Origin: Octopus sinensis
Taxonomy: Eukaryota
Assembly: GCF_006345805.1 (NCBI RefSeq)
Contig: NC_043010.1
Coordinates: 41,602,001 to 41,666,000, forward strand
Reading direction: 5' to 3'
DNA: 64,000 bases
Positions 39,190 through 52,578 of this stretch are shown in pieces. The notes beneath the pieces were generated by a model. That model saw nothing but the letters and a program-made list of their open reading frames with translations, had not been told where the DNA came from and searched no databases. A program made the position numbers and the translations under genes. Position 1 is the first letter of the stretch. Each line of letters begins with the position of its first letter.

Positions 39190-39301
39190 TGTACATGGCT
39201 GTGTGGTAGGAAGTTTTTTATATATATATACTTTATTTAAAAGCAGCAGAAATATAAATAACAAAAGCTGTTACTCACAGTTTGGACAGTTTTGTTAAAA
39301 T

Positions 39302-39354
<53 letters not shown>

Positions 39355-39642
39355 GTTGATCGTTACCAACGTCGCTTCACTGGCACCTGTGCCGGTGGCA
39401 TGTGTAAAAAGATTCAAGCGAGGTCATTGCCAGTACCGCCTGACTGGCCCCTGTGCTGGTGGCACGTAAAAAGTACCCACTACACTCTCGGGGTGGCTGG
39501 CGTTAGGAAGGGCATCCAGCCGTAGAAACTCTGCCAGATCAAGATTGGAGCCTGGTGCAGCCATCTGGTTCGCTGGCCCTCAGTCAAAATCGTCCAACCC
39601 ATGCTAGTATGGAAAGCAGACGTTAAACGATGAATGATGATG
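39355..39642 (+). mobile_element. (GAT)n-tailed retroposon
   Basis: Same family. Confidence 0.85.
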
Positions 39643-39657
39643 ACACACACACACACG

Positions 39658-39706
<49 letters not shown>

Positions 39707-41628
39707 AATATAAAGGAACACAAATGGGGTTTAAAATTTACAAGAGCTGTTTTGGTAGAATTTTATAGATTATTTATAGACTACATCATAGCACATAATC
39801 TTCCATCTTTAGGTAAGATGTTAAACAAGTACAAATATAATATCTTGACAAATTGAACCAACATTTCTGGATAAGTGCTATCTTAAAAAATTACATTTGA
39901 ATTTATAGGGAAATTAGGAGTGGCTATAACAGGCATGCAAGAAGCAAAGAGATGAAACTACTCAAATTTCAAAAGAGTTATCTTAATTACTTTATAGCCA
40001 AAAATGACTGTGTGGACATACAAGAAACACAGGCATGTTTGTTACTGTATTTATTTTGTGATGCTCTGTGTTTCTTTCAATTACTTTAAATATAACAAAG
40101 AATTTAGTAAAATAACTTAGTTATCATTCAGCTAGTGTTAGGAACATAAATTGTGACTAAGGTTTGGTGGAAGATTTTAATATAAAATTTATGAAAACAA
40201 GACATTTGTACTACAGAGCCAGAGCCGGTTTCAGCCGGGTTGGTAATGAAAGGGTTAAAGCCAGGAAGATACTGTGTCCATTAAGTGAGATAAAAGAATG
40301 CAAGCCTCAGTGCAGCAGAAAGTCACAAAACTATCATCACCTTTTCATGCATACACACACACACACAAATATGTGTACCTACATACATACATGTACATAT
40401 ACATATAAGAACAGGAATGGGCTGAAGTTCACTACAACTGTTTTAGACATGTTTTTATTCTTATTGATGCCTTTAGCTAGGCAACTTGCCTAATCATAAT
40501 CTAAGATCCAAAAACACTGACTATATAATCATTCAATGTGTGTACACATTTTGTTAAGGGCACCCTGTATGTGTACATATACAGACACAACTTTCATTTC
40601 ACCCACTCTTTGACCAAACAGCACAAAAAAAAAACAAAACAAAACATTTACTTCAGGTGAATAAGAAATTTAAACCTGAAATTTAACACTTAAGATTAAG
40701 TTCACAATAGGTATAATTTTTGTGATGATCAGAAAAAGAAAAATTATTTCTCTGTTATAAGCTGAATCTTAAATGCTAAATTTTAGATTTAAATTTTTAT
40801 TCATCTGAAGAAAATAGTTTTTATTTCGTGATGTTATTGATTTGTTCATCAACAAAACACGTATCTGAAACCCATTTGTGTTCTTATTTTACACCAAACT
40901 TGGAACCTTTCCCACATTAGGATTTGGAATTTAAAGTGGACTGTGAAACCACATACCAGAGTATGTCAGTATGTGATTTTACATATACACGTACAGTTAT
41001 ATTGATAAGTATATTGATCTGTTCATGTGCATGTGTATGTAAGTGGTAAGGCAAGTCCATATATACATTATTAAATACATGAGTGTCCATATATATACTG
41101 TTGATACATGGATAAGCTATTCTTGACCCAAATTTCAGATTGTTCACTTATTACACATTTTTGTTCTTGAACATTACATTTGCTTATTTTCATGTAGCAT
41201 TTACTATTGAATGCATTTTTGTTCATCATGAACACTGTCTTGTTTTGATACCACAAATTAAACATTTTGTATAACTATACTGAAGTTTGTTTCAGGCATG
41301 GCTGTATAGTAAGAAGTTTCCTTCTCCACTACATGGTTCTGGGTTCAGTCCCACTGCGTGACACTTTGGGCCTTTATAAACCTCTGACCATTGTCATACC
41401 TATCTCTATTTGTCTCTCACTTTTCCTTAGCCTCATCTCCACATCACCCATCCCTTCATTGTTCCCCAACTACTGTATCAATCTGCAGCTTATTACTCTA
41501 ACTGTATCACCAGTCAGCACCTCCACTTCCCCGAGCCACTTCTGCTGATATCCTTCAGTTTTACCACACACCCCTTACTTATATTTACCATTTATTGCCC
41601 TTGTTCACCATTCACTATATTCATCCCA

Positions 41629-41857
41629 CTGTGAGCTGGCAGAAATGTTAGCACGCCGGGCGAAATGCGTAGCCATATTTCGTCTGTCGTTTCGTTCCGA
41701 GTTCAAATTCCGCCGAGGTCGACTTTGCCTTTCATCCTCTCAGGGTCGATAAATTAAGTACCAGTTACGCACTGGGGTTGATATAATTGACTTAATCCCT
41801 TTGTCTGTCCTTGTTTGTCCCCTCTGTGTTTAGCCCTTTGTGGGTAGTAATGAAATA
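41629..41857 (+). mobile_element. Nin-type SINE with 13-bp TSD
   Basis: tatattcatccca at 41616-41628 and 41858-41870. Confidence 0.88.
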
Positions 41858-43042
41858 TATATTCATCCCATCCTTATTTCTAACCATTTCCCACTTTCCC
41901 CTAACACTTTTGCAATCTTTGCCTGCTCTGTCTTTCGGTCTCCATTCTCTCTTCTAATCATCTTCTACTTTGAGGATACACGCTCACACCTCATCCCCAG
42001 TCTTCCCTCTAAGCCATATGCTTGTGTGCATGCATGTTTTACAACTAGTACAGAGTGGAAAACTTGTGCACACAGAGTTTTTGAGATGAAATTGAATTTT
42101 TTTTAATTGAAGATTACTTATACTTTGCAAAGAAAGACAAAATTTGCTCACAAGCAAATTTCCATAGTAAGATACCAACTAAAAACCAAGACAAAAGATG
42201 GTTTTCTGATCCGTTGGATCCTGCCAAATCATCCAACCCATGCTAGCATGGAATATTGATGTCAGGTGATGATGATATCTTTTGACAATTTGTCTCAGCA
42301 AAGGAAGAAAACATGAGCAACTGAACAAAATAAAATGAATTGGACTCTGAGCAAAGTCTCGGGTAATATTTGTTTCACAAGTTAAACATTCCTTGTTTAT
42401 GTTGCCATTGGAAATGCTGTAAATCAATGACTGGCCTACTGGAAACCTGTAGATAATGATTCAACTGCAATACAAATTAAGTTGCACTTAGGATAAAAAT
42501 ATATTGATGTTCAAATTAGATGTAGGCATATTTCGTTAGAACTAAGGAAACTACCTACCAAACAAGAGGTCAAAACAGTTTTATATCAAACTTTCTGATA
42601 TCATTCAAAACAAGTTTATCTCAAGAAATCTCAAACAGAGTTATTTCTAAAACAATTTCTAATACATTCATATTATCAAATCATTTTTATCTTGTTAATT
42701 TCAAATTGTAGGGAGTTTAATGTAGCGAAATCAGCTAAGTAACTTGTAAAGGTTATCACTAATAAATTATATTTTCAGTTATTTATTTAGATAAATTTGT
42801 TTACCTCTTTCCTTATAGAAGGTCATATAATATTTGTATAGCATATTTGCATTATTTAGATGAGATATTAGAGATCCTAGAATTTTATGTGTCATGGGTT
42901 AAATAATTTGACTTTTTTTCTTTAAATAATAGAAATTTTTTACATTTTGTTTTTGTCAACAAAGTAACCCTTTAACATAAATTTGATCTAGATGAACATT
43001 CAGGAACCTAGCTCAGCAACCTTGGTCATGACTAGTTAAACA

Positions 43043-43228
43043 TAAGCCTTTAGCATTTAAACTGGCCCTTGTTTTAAGTTCAAACTGGCCTAACCCTCTC
43101 ACACCTACCCTACAATGTCATCCTAAAAATAGATAACACCATTGAAATCTCAAAGCTATGATCAATTCAAAGCAATGTGAGTAAATAAGCTTTACATTTG
43201 GCAGAGTAATTTGAATGCTAAAGAGCTA
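43043..43228. mobile_element. piggyBac-type (TTAA) MITE, diverged
   Basis: Ends resemble TTAACCCTTTAGCATT / AATGCTAAAGGGTTAA; a related right end AAGGGTTAA lies at about 40258. Confidence 0.45.
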
Positions 43229-43389
43229 AAAGTTAGCATAGCAAATATCAAAGTACTTATTAGTAACTGAGAACAGAAAAACCCACTGTCACCTGGAAAG
43301 TGACCTTGCTCATAACAAAATGCAATGTCATCTTGCCTGAAAGGCAGAGCACAAGTATTTGAGAGAACAATTTATTATTAAATACATCC

Positions 43390-43720
43390 GTACCCGTGGC
43401 ACATAAAAGAGCACCATTCGAGCGTGACTGTTACCAATATCCCTTCACTGGCACCTGTGCTGGTGGCACGTGTAAAAAGATTTGAGCGAGGTCATTGCCA
43501 GTACCGCCTGACTGGCCCCCGTGCCGGTGGCATGTAAAAAGCACCTACTACACTCTCGGAGTGGTTGGCGTTAGGAAGGGCATCCAGCTGTAGAAACTCT
43601 GCCAGATCAAGATTGGAGCCTGGTGCAGCCATCTGGTTTGCCAGTCCTCAGTCAAAATCGTCCAACCCATGCTAGCATGAAAAGCGGACGTTAAACGATG
43701 ATGATGATGATGATGATGGT
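43390..43720 (+). mobile_element. (GAT)n-tailed retroposon
   Basis: Same family. Confidence 0.85.
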
Positions 43721-44003
43721 ATGCATGTATATATACATGTAGATGTACGTACGTACATATATGTATGTATATATGCATCTGCTTTATTTTTTAATTTGTT
43801 GTTATACGACAGAACGCACGCATCCATTTCTAAGTAAGTTTGTTCTATATATATATATATATATATGAAGTAGTGCAGACTTTGTGTCTTGCTGAGAGTG
43901 TAGTTTAGTTTCAGAAATGAAATACAAATTCATAACACTTCAGTCTTACACATTATCACATGATAACTATGATAATATACTTAAGTATATCTCTACATGT
44001 ACA

Positions 44004-44480
44004 TATACATGCATATATGGGTACAGGACACCAAAAAAAAGTCGAACACAATGAGAAATGAAAACATAAACACAAAACCAAGGAAATGGACATTTTCCTT
44101 GTATTCTATGTCCTGTACTCTATTTTATCATTGTTTAAGAAAAATGTCCATTTCCTTGGTTTTGTGTTTATGTTTTCGTTTCTCATTGAGTTCGACGTTT
44201 TTTTGGTGTCCTGTACCCATATATGCATGTATATATATACATGTAGATGTAGGTACATACATATATGTATGTATACATGCATGTTTTATTTTTTAATTTG
44301 TATGTATATATATGGGTTTTTTCTTTGTGTTAATTGTCCTGTACTCTATTTTTTTGTTGTTTAAAAAAATGTCCAGTTCCTTTGGTTTGTGTCTATGTTT
44401 TCGTTTCTCATTGTGTTCGACGTCCTTTTGGTGTCCTGTACTCATATATGCGTGTATATGTACATGTAGAGGTAGGTACG
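44004..44480. mobile_element. Penelope-type terminal repeat segments: inverted copy plus two tandem copies
   Basis: Arms of about 93 bp at 44004-44096 and 44141-44233 are reverse complements; the loop plus right arm recurs at about 44325-44480; same gggtacaggac family as 5836/6009. Confidence 0.55.
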
Positions 44481-44528
44481 TACATATATATTATATATAT
44501 GCATATGTTTTATTTTATTTATTAATAT

Positions 44529-44598
<70 letters not shown>

Positions 44599-44699
44599 AG
44601 TGAGGGGGGTGGGGCACAGAGATCAGAACTAATTTAACAGAAAATGGATAGGTAATTTGTTGATTTATTGCAGTGATTACCATCTTATCTCAAATGCCA

Positions 44700-44970
44700 A
44701 TGCTGCCTAGACTGGCTTCCATGCCAGTGGCACATAAAAAGCACCAATCTGATCGTGGCCGTTGCCAGCTTCGCCTGGCACCTGTGCCGGTGGCACGTAA
44801 AAAGCACCCACTACACTCACGGAGTGGTTGGAGTTAGGAAGGGCATCCAGCTGTAGAAACACTGCCAGATCAGACTGGAGCCTGGTGCAGCCTTCTGGCT
44901 TCCCAGATTCCCAGTCAGACCGTCCAACCCATGCTAGCATGGAGAACGGACGTTAAACGATGATGATGAT
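44700..44970 (+). mobile_element. (GAT)n-tailed retroposon about 60 bp from the exon 1 donor
   Basis: Same family. Confidence 0.85.
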
Positions 44971-45030
44971 TGAACAGGGTAAACTGAAGCAACTAGATAA
45001 AACATTGTTTAATAATGAAATATAACTTAC

Positions 45031-45664
45031 CTTCTACACAATGTCCTCTACCTCCACAGGCACGCAAACAGTTTCCACGCCCATTACAATAAAGAGTTTC
45101 TCTTACAACAATTATGTTTCGTTGTGGAGTTGTTGCTGTGTTATAAAACATGTCTCTTAAGTAATTTTCACCTTTGACAACATGAACGTAACCTGATTTA
45201 ACACAACGACCACCTCTGACAATATTAGTATGATGAAAGTCTGGAATCGACTCGAGGAACAACTGTAAGTCCTCTTGCTTCACTTGCCCTATATCTACAT
45301 CTCTAGGAGAAGATTGCATTTGATAGTCATCGGGCAATATTGGAACTTCGGATGTAAGTAATCTTGATGGTGATTGATCTGTTTTTGAAGATGAATACAC
45401 ATTTGAGTTTAAATTTGAATGATTAGAATTTGCCATTTCTGCTGCAACTGCAGCTGATGCTGCAGCCGTGGCTGCTTCAACATGAGCTTCTAAGGTTGCA
45501 GGGTCCATACATTCATCATGAAATTCAGATGACTTTTGTTTTTTAGAAGTTCTTTTATAGATATGAGGATCGACATACGGTTGATTCTGATGGTAATACT
45601 GACCATGTTGTTTCAGTTTCATTTTGGATTTCCGACCTTGCCCTTTACTTTTAGCAGGAGACAT
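45031..45664 (-). CDS. Coding exon 1 of an uncharacterised minus-strand gene (418 aa predicted)
   Basis: ATG at 45664 with an in-frame TGA 7 codons upstream; 211 open codons of protein-like sequence (MSPAKSKGQ...ETLYCNGRGNCLRACGGRGHCVE); ends at a consensus donor GAAG|GTAAGT (phase 1). A strong acceptor tatttgtatttctttcag| at 45882 suggests about 218 nt of 5'UTR in the same exon. Confidence 0.9.
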
Positions 45665-46020
45665 TGATTTGTAAAATAAAAGTCACAAAAATTTTGTATT
45701 CTATTGACACCATTAAAGCTTAACTTCTTTTTGACATCATATTTTGTATTACATTTCTAAGATTTTTATTTTGAATTAAAATAATATTTAAGGAAAATCC
45801 GTTATGTTGCCTTTATAATTTATTGTATATCTGCATTCATTCAGTGTGACTGGCAACAGAGCATGTAATCACAATAAGGAATCTGAAAGAAATACAAATA
45901 TATCATTAAGTATGTATTTTAAAAGCACAAAGTATAGAATATTTTGTCAGATAAAAGTCTCTCATTTTCACAAAATTAACACTAACATTTGCAAGTTAAA
46001 ACATAATCTTGGATATACAT

Positions 46021-46218
46021 GTTACTCTTTTACTTGTTTCAGTCATTTGACTGCGGCCATGCTGGAGCACCGCCTTTAGTCGAGCAATTCGACCCTGGGA
46101 CTTATTCTTTGTAAGCCCAGTACTTATTCTATCAGTCTCTTTTGCCGAACCGCTAAGTGATGGGGACGTAAACACACCAGCATTGGTTGTCAAGCGATGT
46201 TGGGGGGGACAAACACAG

Positions 46219-46287
<69 letters not shown>

Positions 46288-46446
46288 TACGACAGGCTTC
46301 TTTCAGTTTCCGTCTACCAAATCCACTCACAAGGCATTGGTCGGCCCGGGGCTATAGTAGAAGACGCTTGCCCAAGATGCCACGCAGTGGGACTGAACCC
46401 GGAACCATGTGGTTAGTTAGCAAGCTACTTAACACACAGCCACTCC
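46021..46446 (-). mobile_element. CORE-type SINE
   Basis: Same family. Confidence 0.9.
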
Positions 46447-46880
46447 GGAAATAGATGTTTTTCTACGATGTTACGAGTTTTACAGTGTCAAACAAGAGCT
46501 TTCTTAATCTTTTTGTTACCATATTTATGTTGAAATACACTGCCTTTGTTTCACTTGATTTTGAAAATAATGAGGAATTCTGTAAAATAAGTTTATTATT
46601 AATGTGGCATTTGGAAGATGTATTGAAACATTTTGAAGGGAGGTTTTAATTTAGATATTTTTATAACATGAAATTGGGATATGAAATGTTAAGTGAAAGC
46701 ATAACACTTGGCACAGCTTGGCTGACCAAATACTGTTAAGAATGCAAATGTCCAATTCTATCACATTATTATTATTATGAGGGTACCCATTAAACGATGT
46801 GTAGTTTAACGTCCTGTTTTTTCTCATGTATACCGAAAAGTAATTGAAAGTATCAATAACCAGTTTTACATATATTTACT

Positions 46881-46912
<32 letters not shown>

Positions 46913-46916
<4 letters not shown>

Positions 46917-47153
46917 GAAAAATATATTGTACATTTAAACACAAAAGAGATGACCATAATAGGACATCTGACTCACTAGAAAGAGCAGTTCAACTCCAAA
47001 CCACTAATAGTTGTAATTCTGAAAGGGAATGAGAAATAAAAACGTTTACCCTATCTTTCCTGGACTATGGAGTTTAACTGCTTTTTCTAGTGAGTCAGAT
47101 GCCCTATTATGGTCATCTCTTATGTGTTTAAATGTACACTGTATTTTTCTATG
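46913..47153. mobile_element. MITE-like inverted repeat (about 86-bp arms)
   Basis: 46913-46998 versus 47068-47153. Confidence 0.75.
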
Positions 47154-47259
47154 AATAATATATAGTCTATTGACTAATTTTTCCTTCTTGCTAGACCGTG
47201 AATAGCAAAGAATTTTTCTAAAATTTTTTTTTGCTACCCTAAGATTTATTAAATATATA

Positions 47260-47635
47260 GGAGTGGCTGTGTGGTAAGTAGCTTGTTTACCATCCACATG
47301 GTTCCGGGTTCAGTCCCACTGTATGGAACCTTGGGCAAGTGTCTTCTACTATAGCCTCGGGCCGACCAAAGCCTTGTGAATGGATTTGGTAGACAGAAAC
47401 TGAAAGAAGCCCGTCATATATATATGCATGTGTGTGTTTGTGTTTGTCCCCCGAGCATTGCTTGACAACCGATGCTGGTGTGTTTATGTCCCCGTTACTT
47501 AGCGGTTCGGCAAAAGAGACCGATAGAGTAAGTACTGGGCTTACAAAAGAATAAGTCCCAGGGTCGAGTTGCTCGATTAAAGGTGGTGCTCCAGCATGGC
47601 CGCAGTCAAATAACTGAAACATGTAAAAGAGTATA
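47260..47635 (+). mobile_element. CORE-type SINE
   Basis: Same family, opposite orientation to 46021-46446. Confidence 0.9.
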
Positions 47636-48705
47636 TATTTATATATATATGTATTATACAATTTTATTAAAAATTTTATACACACAGGATAAATCCATGA
47701 TAAAAATTAAATAACAAATATAAATAATAATCAGCAGCTGCTCAAGAACAACTGAGTGCATTTGCAGCCAGTGCAAAAATTGCTAATGCATACCTGGCTT
47801 TGATACGACACTCTCCTGATTCCAAGCAGTTACATTTGAAAATAAAATGGAAATAGAATGTGTATTTATTAAAACTCATCTTTAAACTGCTTGCTTTGAA
47901 TAATTAATCTGAAAATCTCCATATAACAAATAAATATTACAATATCTATACACTGAACGTGTACAATTTATACAGGGAGGTTTTTACAATTAGACAACTT
48001 CAGTATATACAACATTTCTAGTTAGATTTTGTATATCATGATGGTCCCGATGTCTTGGATTTGAATTGTAACTGAGGAACTCATTTTGGTCAGCATAAAT
48101 TCTTATCTTGTTTGGGTCTCTGACCCTGCTTATAGCAATGTATAATTGACTGTGAGTGAAAACTGGGTTTGGTAAGTAAATGCTGCATTTTCACAGACTC
48201 TGTTCTTGGCTTTAATTTATGGAAATTGCAAAAGCCTGTCTTATTGGAAATTGGCGTTTTTGTAATGTGAAGCGTAAGTCAGAACCAGAAGGCATTAAAC
48301 TGATCCAATTTGTCCCACATCAACTGCAGTCAATTTTTTTGCAGTTACAATTTTATACCTTGTGCCATAGCATGGTACTTATTCTATCAGTGTCTTCTTG
48401 TCAAACCAGTAACTTATGGGGATGTAAATAAACAAACAGCAGTTGTGAAGCAGTGATGAGGGAAAAACACAGAGACAAAGACAGACACATACATTTAGAT
48501 ATATACATACATATATATACCATTGATTTCTTTCAGTTTCTGTCTATGAAATCCATATATATATATATATATATATAAGTAAATAAATGGAGTTGAACGC
48601 AGGTGTTGTTGCTACATCCTTGTTACCTGTGTAAATTTTGCTACCCTGGTAACTGTTTATTGAATTTTCCATATTAACTGGAAACAAAGGATAATTCATT
48701 CATCC

Positions 48706-48738
<33 letters not shown>

Positions 48739-48739
<1 letters not shown>

Positions 48740-49045
48740 CATCATCATCATTTAACGTCCGCTTTCCATGCTGGCATGGGTTGGACGGTTCAACTGGGGT
48801 CTGGGAAGCCAGAAGGCTGCACCAGGCCCAGTCTGATCTGGCAATGTTTCTACAGCTGGATGCCCTTCCTAACGCCAACCACTCCGTGAGTGTAGTGGGT
48901 GCTTTTTACATGCAACCGGCACAGGTGCCAGACGAGGCTGGCAAACGGCCACGATCGGATGGTGCTTTTTACGTGCCACCGGTACGGGGGCCAGGCGAGG
49001 CTGGCAACGGCCACGAACGGATGGTGCTTTTTACGTGCCACATAA
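48739..49045 (-). mobile_element. (GAT)n-tailed retroposon
   Basis: Same family, about 3 internal units. Confidence 0.85.
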
Positions 49046-49919
49046 AATCCGTTCTGTCTGTGTCTTCTAGGATCTTGGGCGTCCTCCATCTGATTGTGCT
49101 CAAATTTGATATATAGATACCAACGGTATCAGGGCATGTATAAGTCTTGATAAAATTACAAAAATCAATTCCAGGTGAGAATGTGATCGATAAAGCTGTG
49201 GGAACGTGCATTTGTACAAGCAAGTACATCAGTTGTTGCAATCGATACTACGCATACGCGAGAAAAATGCATGTGCAGTTTGCGCAAAAAAGCCGGCTGG
49301 CTTGAAATAATGCCACAAAATGCAGTATATTTAAGAGACCAAAAAAGTAATTCTTTGGTGTTGGCAGCAAGGGACTGCGTTATTGATATTTTATTATAGA
49401 AGGCAAGTAGAAGAGGCTGGGCAACAATTGTGAACAGTGCAGTGGCAGCCAAAAGAAACTGGTAGATGACCATGAAAAGTATGGTGACATCCAAGAGAGA
49501 CAGCTACATCAGGGAAGGCAAATCTGATGGCTATGGTGAGCAAAAACCAGCTCCTTTGAGGTACTGGTTATAAGCATCGTTTAGGGTAGTATGAAGTTGT
49601 GTAATAGAGCTTAGAGAGACGGCATAGTTTTTTTTATTGTTTTATTTGTTTCAGTTATGTGACTACAGCCATGCTGGAGCACCACTGCTGGGCAAAGAAA
49701 TTGACCACAGGATTTGTTCTATTTAAGTCTAAGTACTTATTCTATCAGTAGCTTTTGCCGAACCACTAAGTTATGGGAACATAAACGCAGCAACATCGGT
49801 TGTCAAGCAATGGTGGGTACAAACTCAGACACACACACACAAACAAATATACACATATATATACGACAGTTATCTTTCAGTTTCTGTATATGAAATCCAT
49901 TCACAAGGCTATGTTGTCT

Positions 49920-50620
49920 AAGAATTGTGTACAGGCTACTCCACACAATTCTTAGACACCATAAACATATGCACCTTACTTTATACCATAGCCAATCCTT
50001 AAAACCCCACCTACCTCACTCTATCTACCTCTTTTCCTATTTATTTTATATTCTTTACTTTTACCAATTCATAGTCACCTCCACTACCATTCTGTTATTA
50101 AACATTGATATGTTTGCGTCTTTTTCTTGGGATCTCTACCATATCAGGATTTTAACCAGCATGCATATACACAGGATTGCACCCAAGGACTCATGCTCTG
50201 GTGTCTATAACTTTGGAAAGTTGAACTATGAACTTTTAGGCTTCTTTTCTCTTCTTTCTTTCAATCTCTTTATTCTTTTACTCCCTTCCTCTATGTTATC
50301 ATCTTATTAATATATAGCATTCTCATTTTCCTTATTTTCCCCCTATTTATCTCTGACAACGGAATATCCCATACTCGGGGATGTCTCAGAAACAGCTATA
50401 AGATTTTGAATTTCTTCCTGTAATAATATTGTATATGAATTGAGATATTTGCCTTGCCTTAATGTTTGATGTCCCGTTTAACAATTGCTTATCCACTGCA
50501 TCGGAAATCTACAATGGCTCCATAACTACCATCTCGGCTATAACCTTGGAGCCCCAGTAATCCATTACAGCACTTACCTAGCATACCTTATCACCTGTGA
50601 ACTAACCCCCCATACTTTAT
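49920..50620 (+). mobile_element. Penelope-like terminal repeat remnant
   Basis: C/T-rich tract leading into a degenerate minimal hammerhead at 50349-50404. Confidence 0.45.
50349..50404 (+). ncRNA. Minimal type I hammerhead ribozyme, degenerate (G8 to A and a stem III G to A)
   Basis: atct CTGACAA cggaatatccc atactc ggggatgtctca GAA ACAGCTAT A agat; the inferred ancestral form is CTGACGA...ACAGCTGT-A. Confidence 0.5.
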
Positions 50621-51429
50621 ATATCTATCTATCTATCTATCTATACACACACACACACTCACACATATATATACATATGCATTAAATAGATATATGTATA
50701 TATATGTACGCATTATATATACATATGTATACACATTATATATATATAGATATGTAGACTTAATATTTATATATACACACATTATATACATGAATTATAT
50801 ATATGAATTATATATATTTATATGCATTATATATATATATACACACATACACACACACACATATATATATATATATAAATTAACACAATAAATATCAAAT
50901 TAATAATATCTGTTATCATGATTGTGTGCTGCTGGTGGGTGATAATAATTCACTATTCTAAAAGCTCTGTGGCGGGAATATTTAAACGTTAAGAGAGTGA
51001 AATGTATTTTCGACACAATATAATTAATTACTATTCTATTCCTCATTTGATTTGGTTGTTATTTCTAGAACATAGAGGAAAACTGGCAGCTGCCATTGCT
51101 TTCTCTCTATAGATACAGACCGACGTACAGAGAGAGAGAGTGGAAGCTGTCAGATGCTGTTGTAGAGGCAGAGTGAAGGGAAGAGAGGCTGATAGGTAGA
51201 AAGTGAGGACAAACAAGTCAAAGTCCATTTTAAAGATGAGGAATTTTGCCCTAGCGGCCACACCTTTCAAGTGAGCAAACTCAAAGTTGCCACGCATATG
51301 CCCCACACTTTTAACATAGGTGAGCAAATTTTCAGGTCAATCCGACCACATTTACTAACACTTTTGCCTGCACAACTGCTTATGAGACAATGTCCGCCCT
51401 TTTTACAAATATATATTAGATTATTACAT

Positions 51430-52185
51430 TTCATACCCTGTAGTCTGGCTGACTGTTGGGGCACCATTGATGACTTTGCAATCAGATCCCTCCACCCGTC
51501 TCTCTTCTACCTCTCTCATCTTTAGGCCTGTCCACTCACATATTTTCCCACCTCTTTCTCTGTCTTCCACCTTTGCCTGTTCCCTGTATGATTGTTTTGG
51601 TCATCCCTGATGAGCAAGTGACATGTCCAAACCACCTGAGCTTGTGTTTATATACTGTGGTAAGAAGTTCCTCATAAGGCCCTATTGCCTGCTTTATTCT
51701 TCTTTTCACTTCCTCATTTGTGACATGATCTCTATATGATATTCCTAAAAGTCTCCTGAAACATTTCATCTCTGTCACCTGGATTCTTCTTTCGTTTTCT
51801 GCTGTCAGTATCCATATCTCATAGTGTACAGGAATATCAAGATCACTAGTGATCTCATTAACCTAATTTTGGAGCTCAGTGAGATATTTCTGTCTTTCCA
51901 CAATGCTCAAAATTTGGTCATTGATGTTGTTATTTTGGCAATGTAGGATATCACTTCAGGCTTGGAGCCTTGGCCACTCACTACCACCCAAGATGTTTTA
52001 AGTTTTCAACTTGTTCAAGCTCAACTCCATTGATGCTTATGTTGGTACAGATTCCGTTTGTCATAACTTTTGTTTTCTCTGTACTTATCTCCATGCCAAA
52101 TTCATTGGTGATCTTATCTAGGCGCCTTACCAGTCGTTTCAATTCTTGTTCTGAGTCTGCCAGTCCGACAATGCCATCATATATA
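51430..52185 (-). mobile_element. RTE LINE 3' fragment
   Basis: EMKCFRRLLGISYRDHVTNEEVKRRI..KLRWFGHVT..GRQRKRW, plus upstream RT thumb remnants and 3'UTR. Confidence 0.85.
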
Positions 52186-52190
52186 TATAT

Positions 52191-52578
52191 ACTCTTTTAC
52201 TTGTTTCAGTCATTTTGACTGCGGCCATGCTGGAGCACCGCCTTTAATCGAGCAACTCGACCCCGGGACTTATTCTTTTGAAAGCCCAGTACTTATTCTA
52301 TCGGTCTCTTTTGCCGAACGGCTAAGTAACGGGGGACATAAACACACCAGCATCGGTTGTCAAGCAATGCTAGGGGGACAAACACACACACGCATATATA
52401 TATATATACATATATATATACGACGGGCTTCTTTCAGTTTCCGTCTACCAAATCCACTCACAAGGCTTTGGTCGGCCCGAGGCTATAGTAGAAGACACTT
52501 ACCCAAGGTGTCACACAGTGGGACTGAACCCGGAACCATGTGGTTGGTAAACAAGCTACTTACCACACAGCCACTCCT
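52191..52578 (-). mobile_element. CORE-type SINE
   Basis: Same family; abuts the RTE fragment. Confidence 0.9.

Noticed and set aside
45031-45100. CNGRGNC / CGGRGHCVEG resembles tenascin or teneurin EGF repeats
   Set aside because: No signal peptide, no terminal CxC of EGF, and a basic, nuclear-looking N-terminus; the similarity seems superficial.
49045-49620. Coding-like composition, also at 30960-31750, 33580-34200, 52640-53000 and 60540-61200
   Set aside because: Stops in all frames and no recognisable motif; probably old TE debris that I cannot assign.
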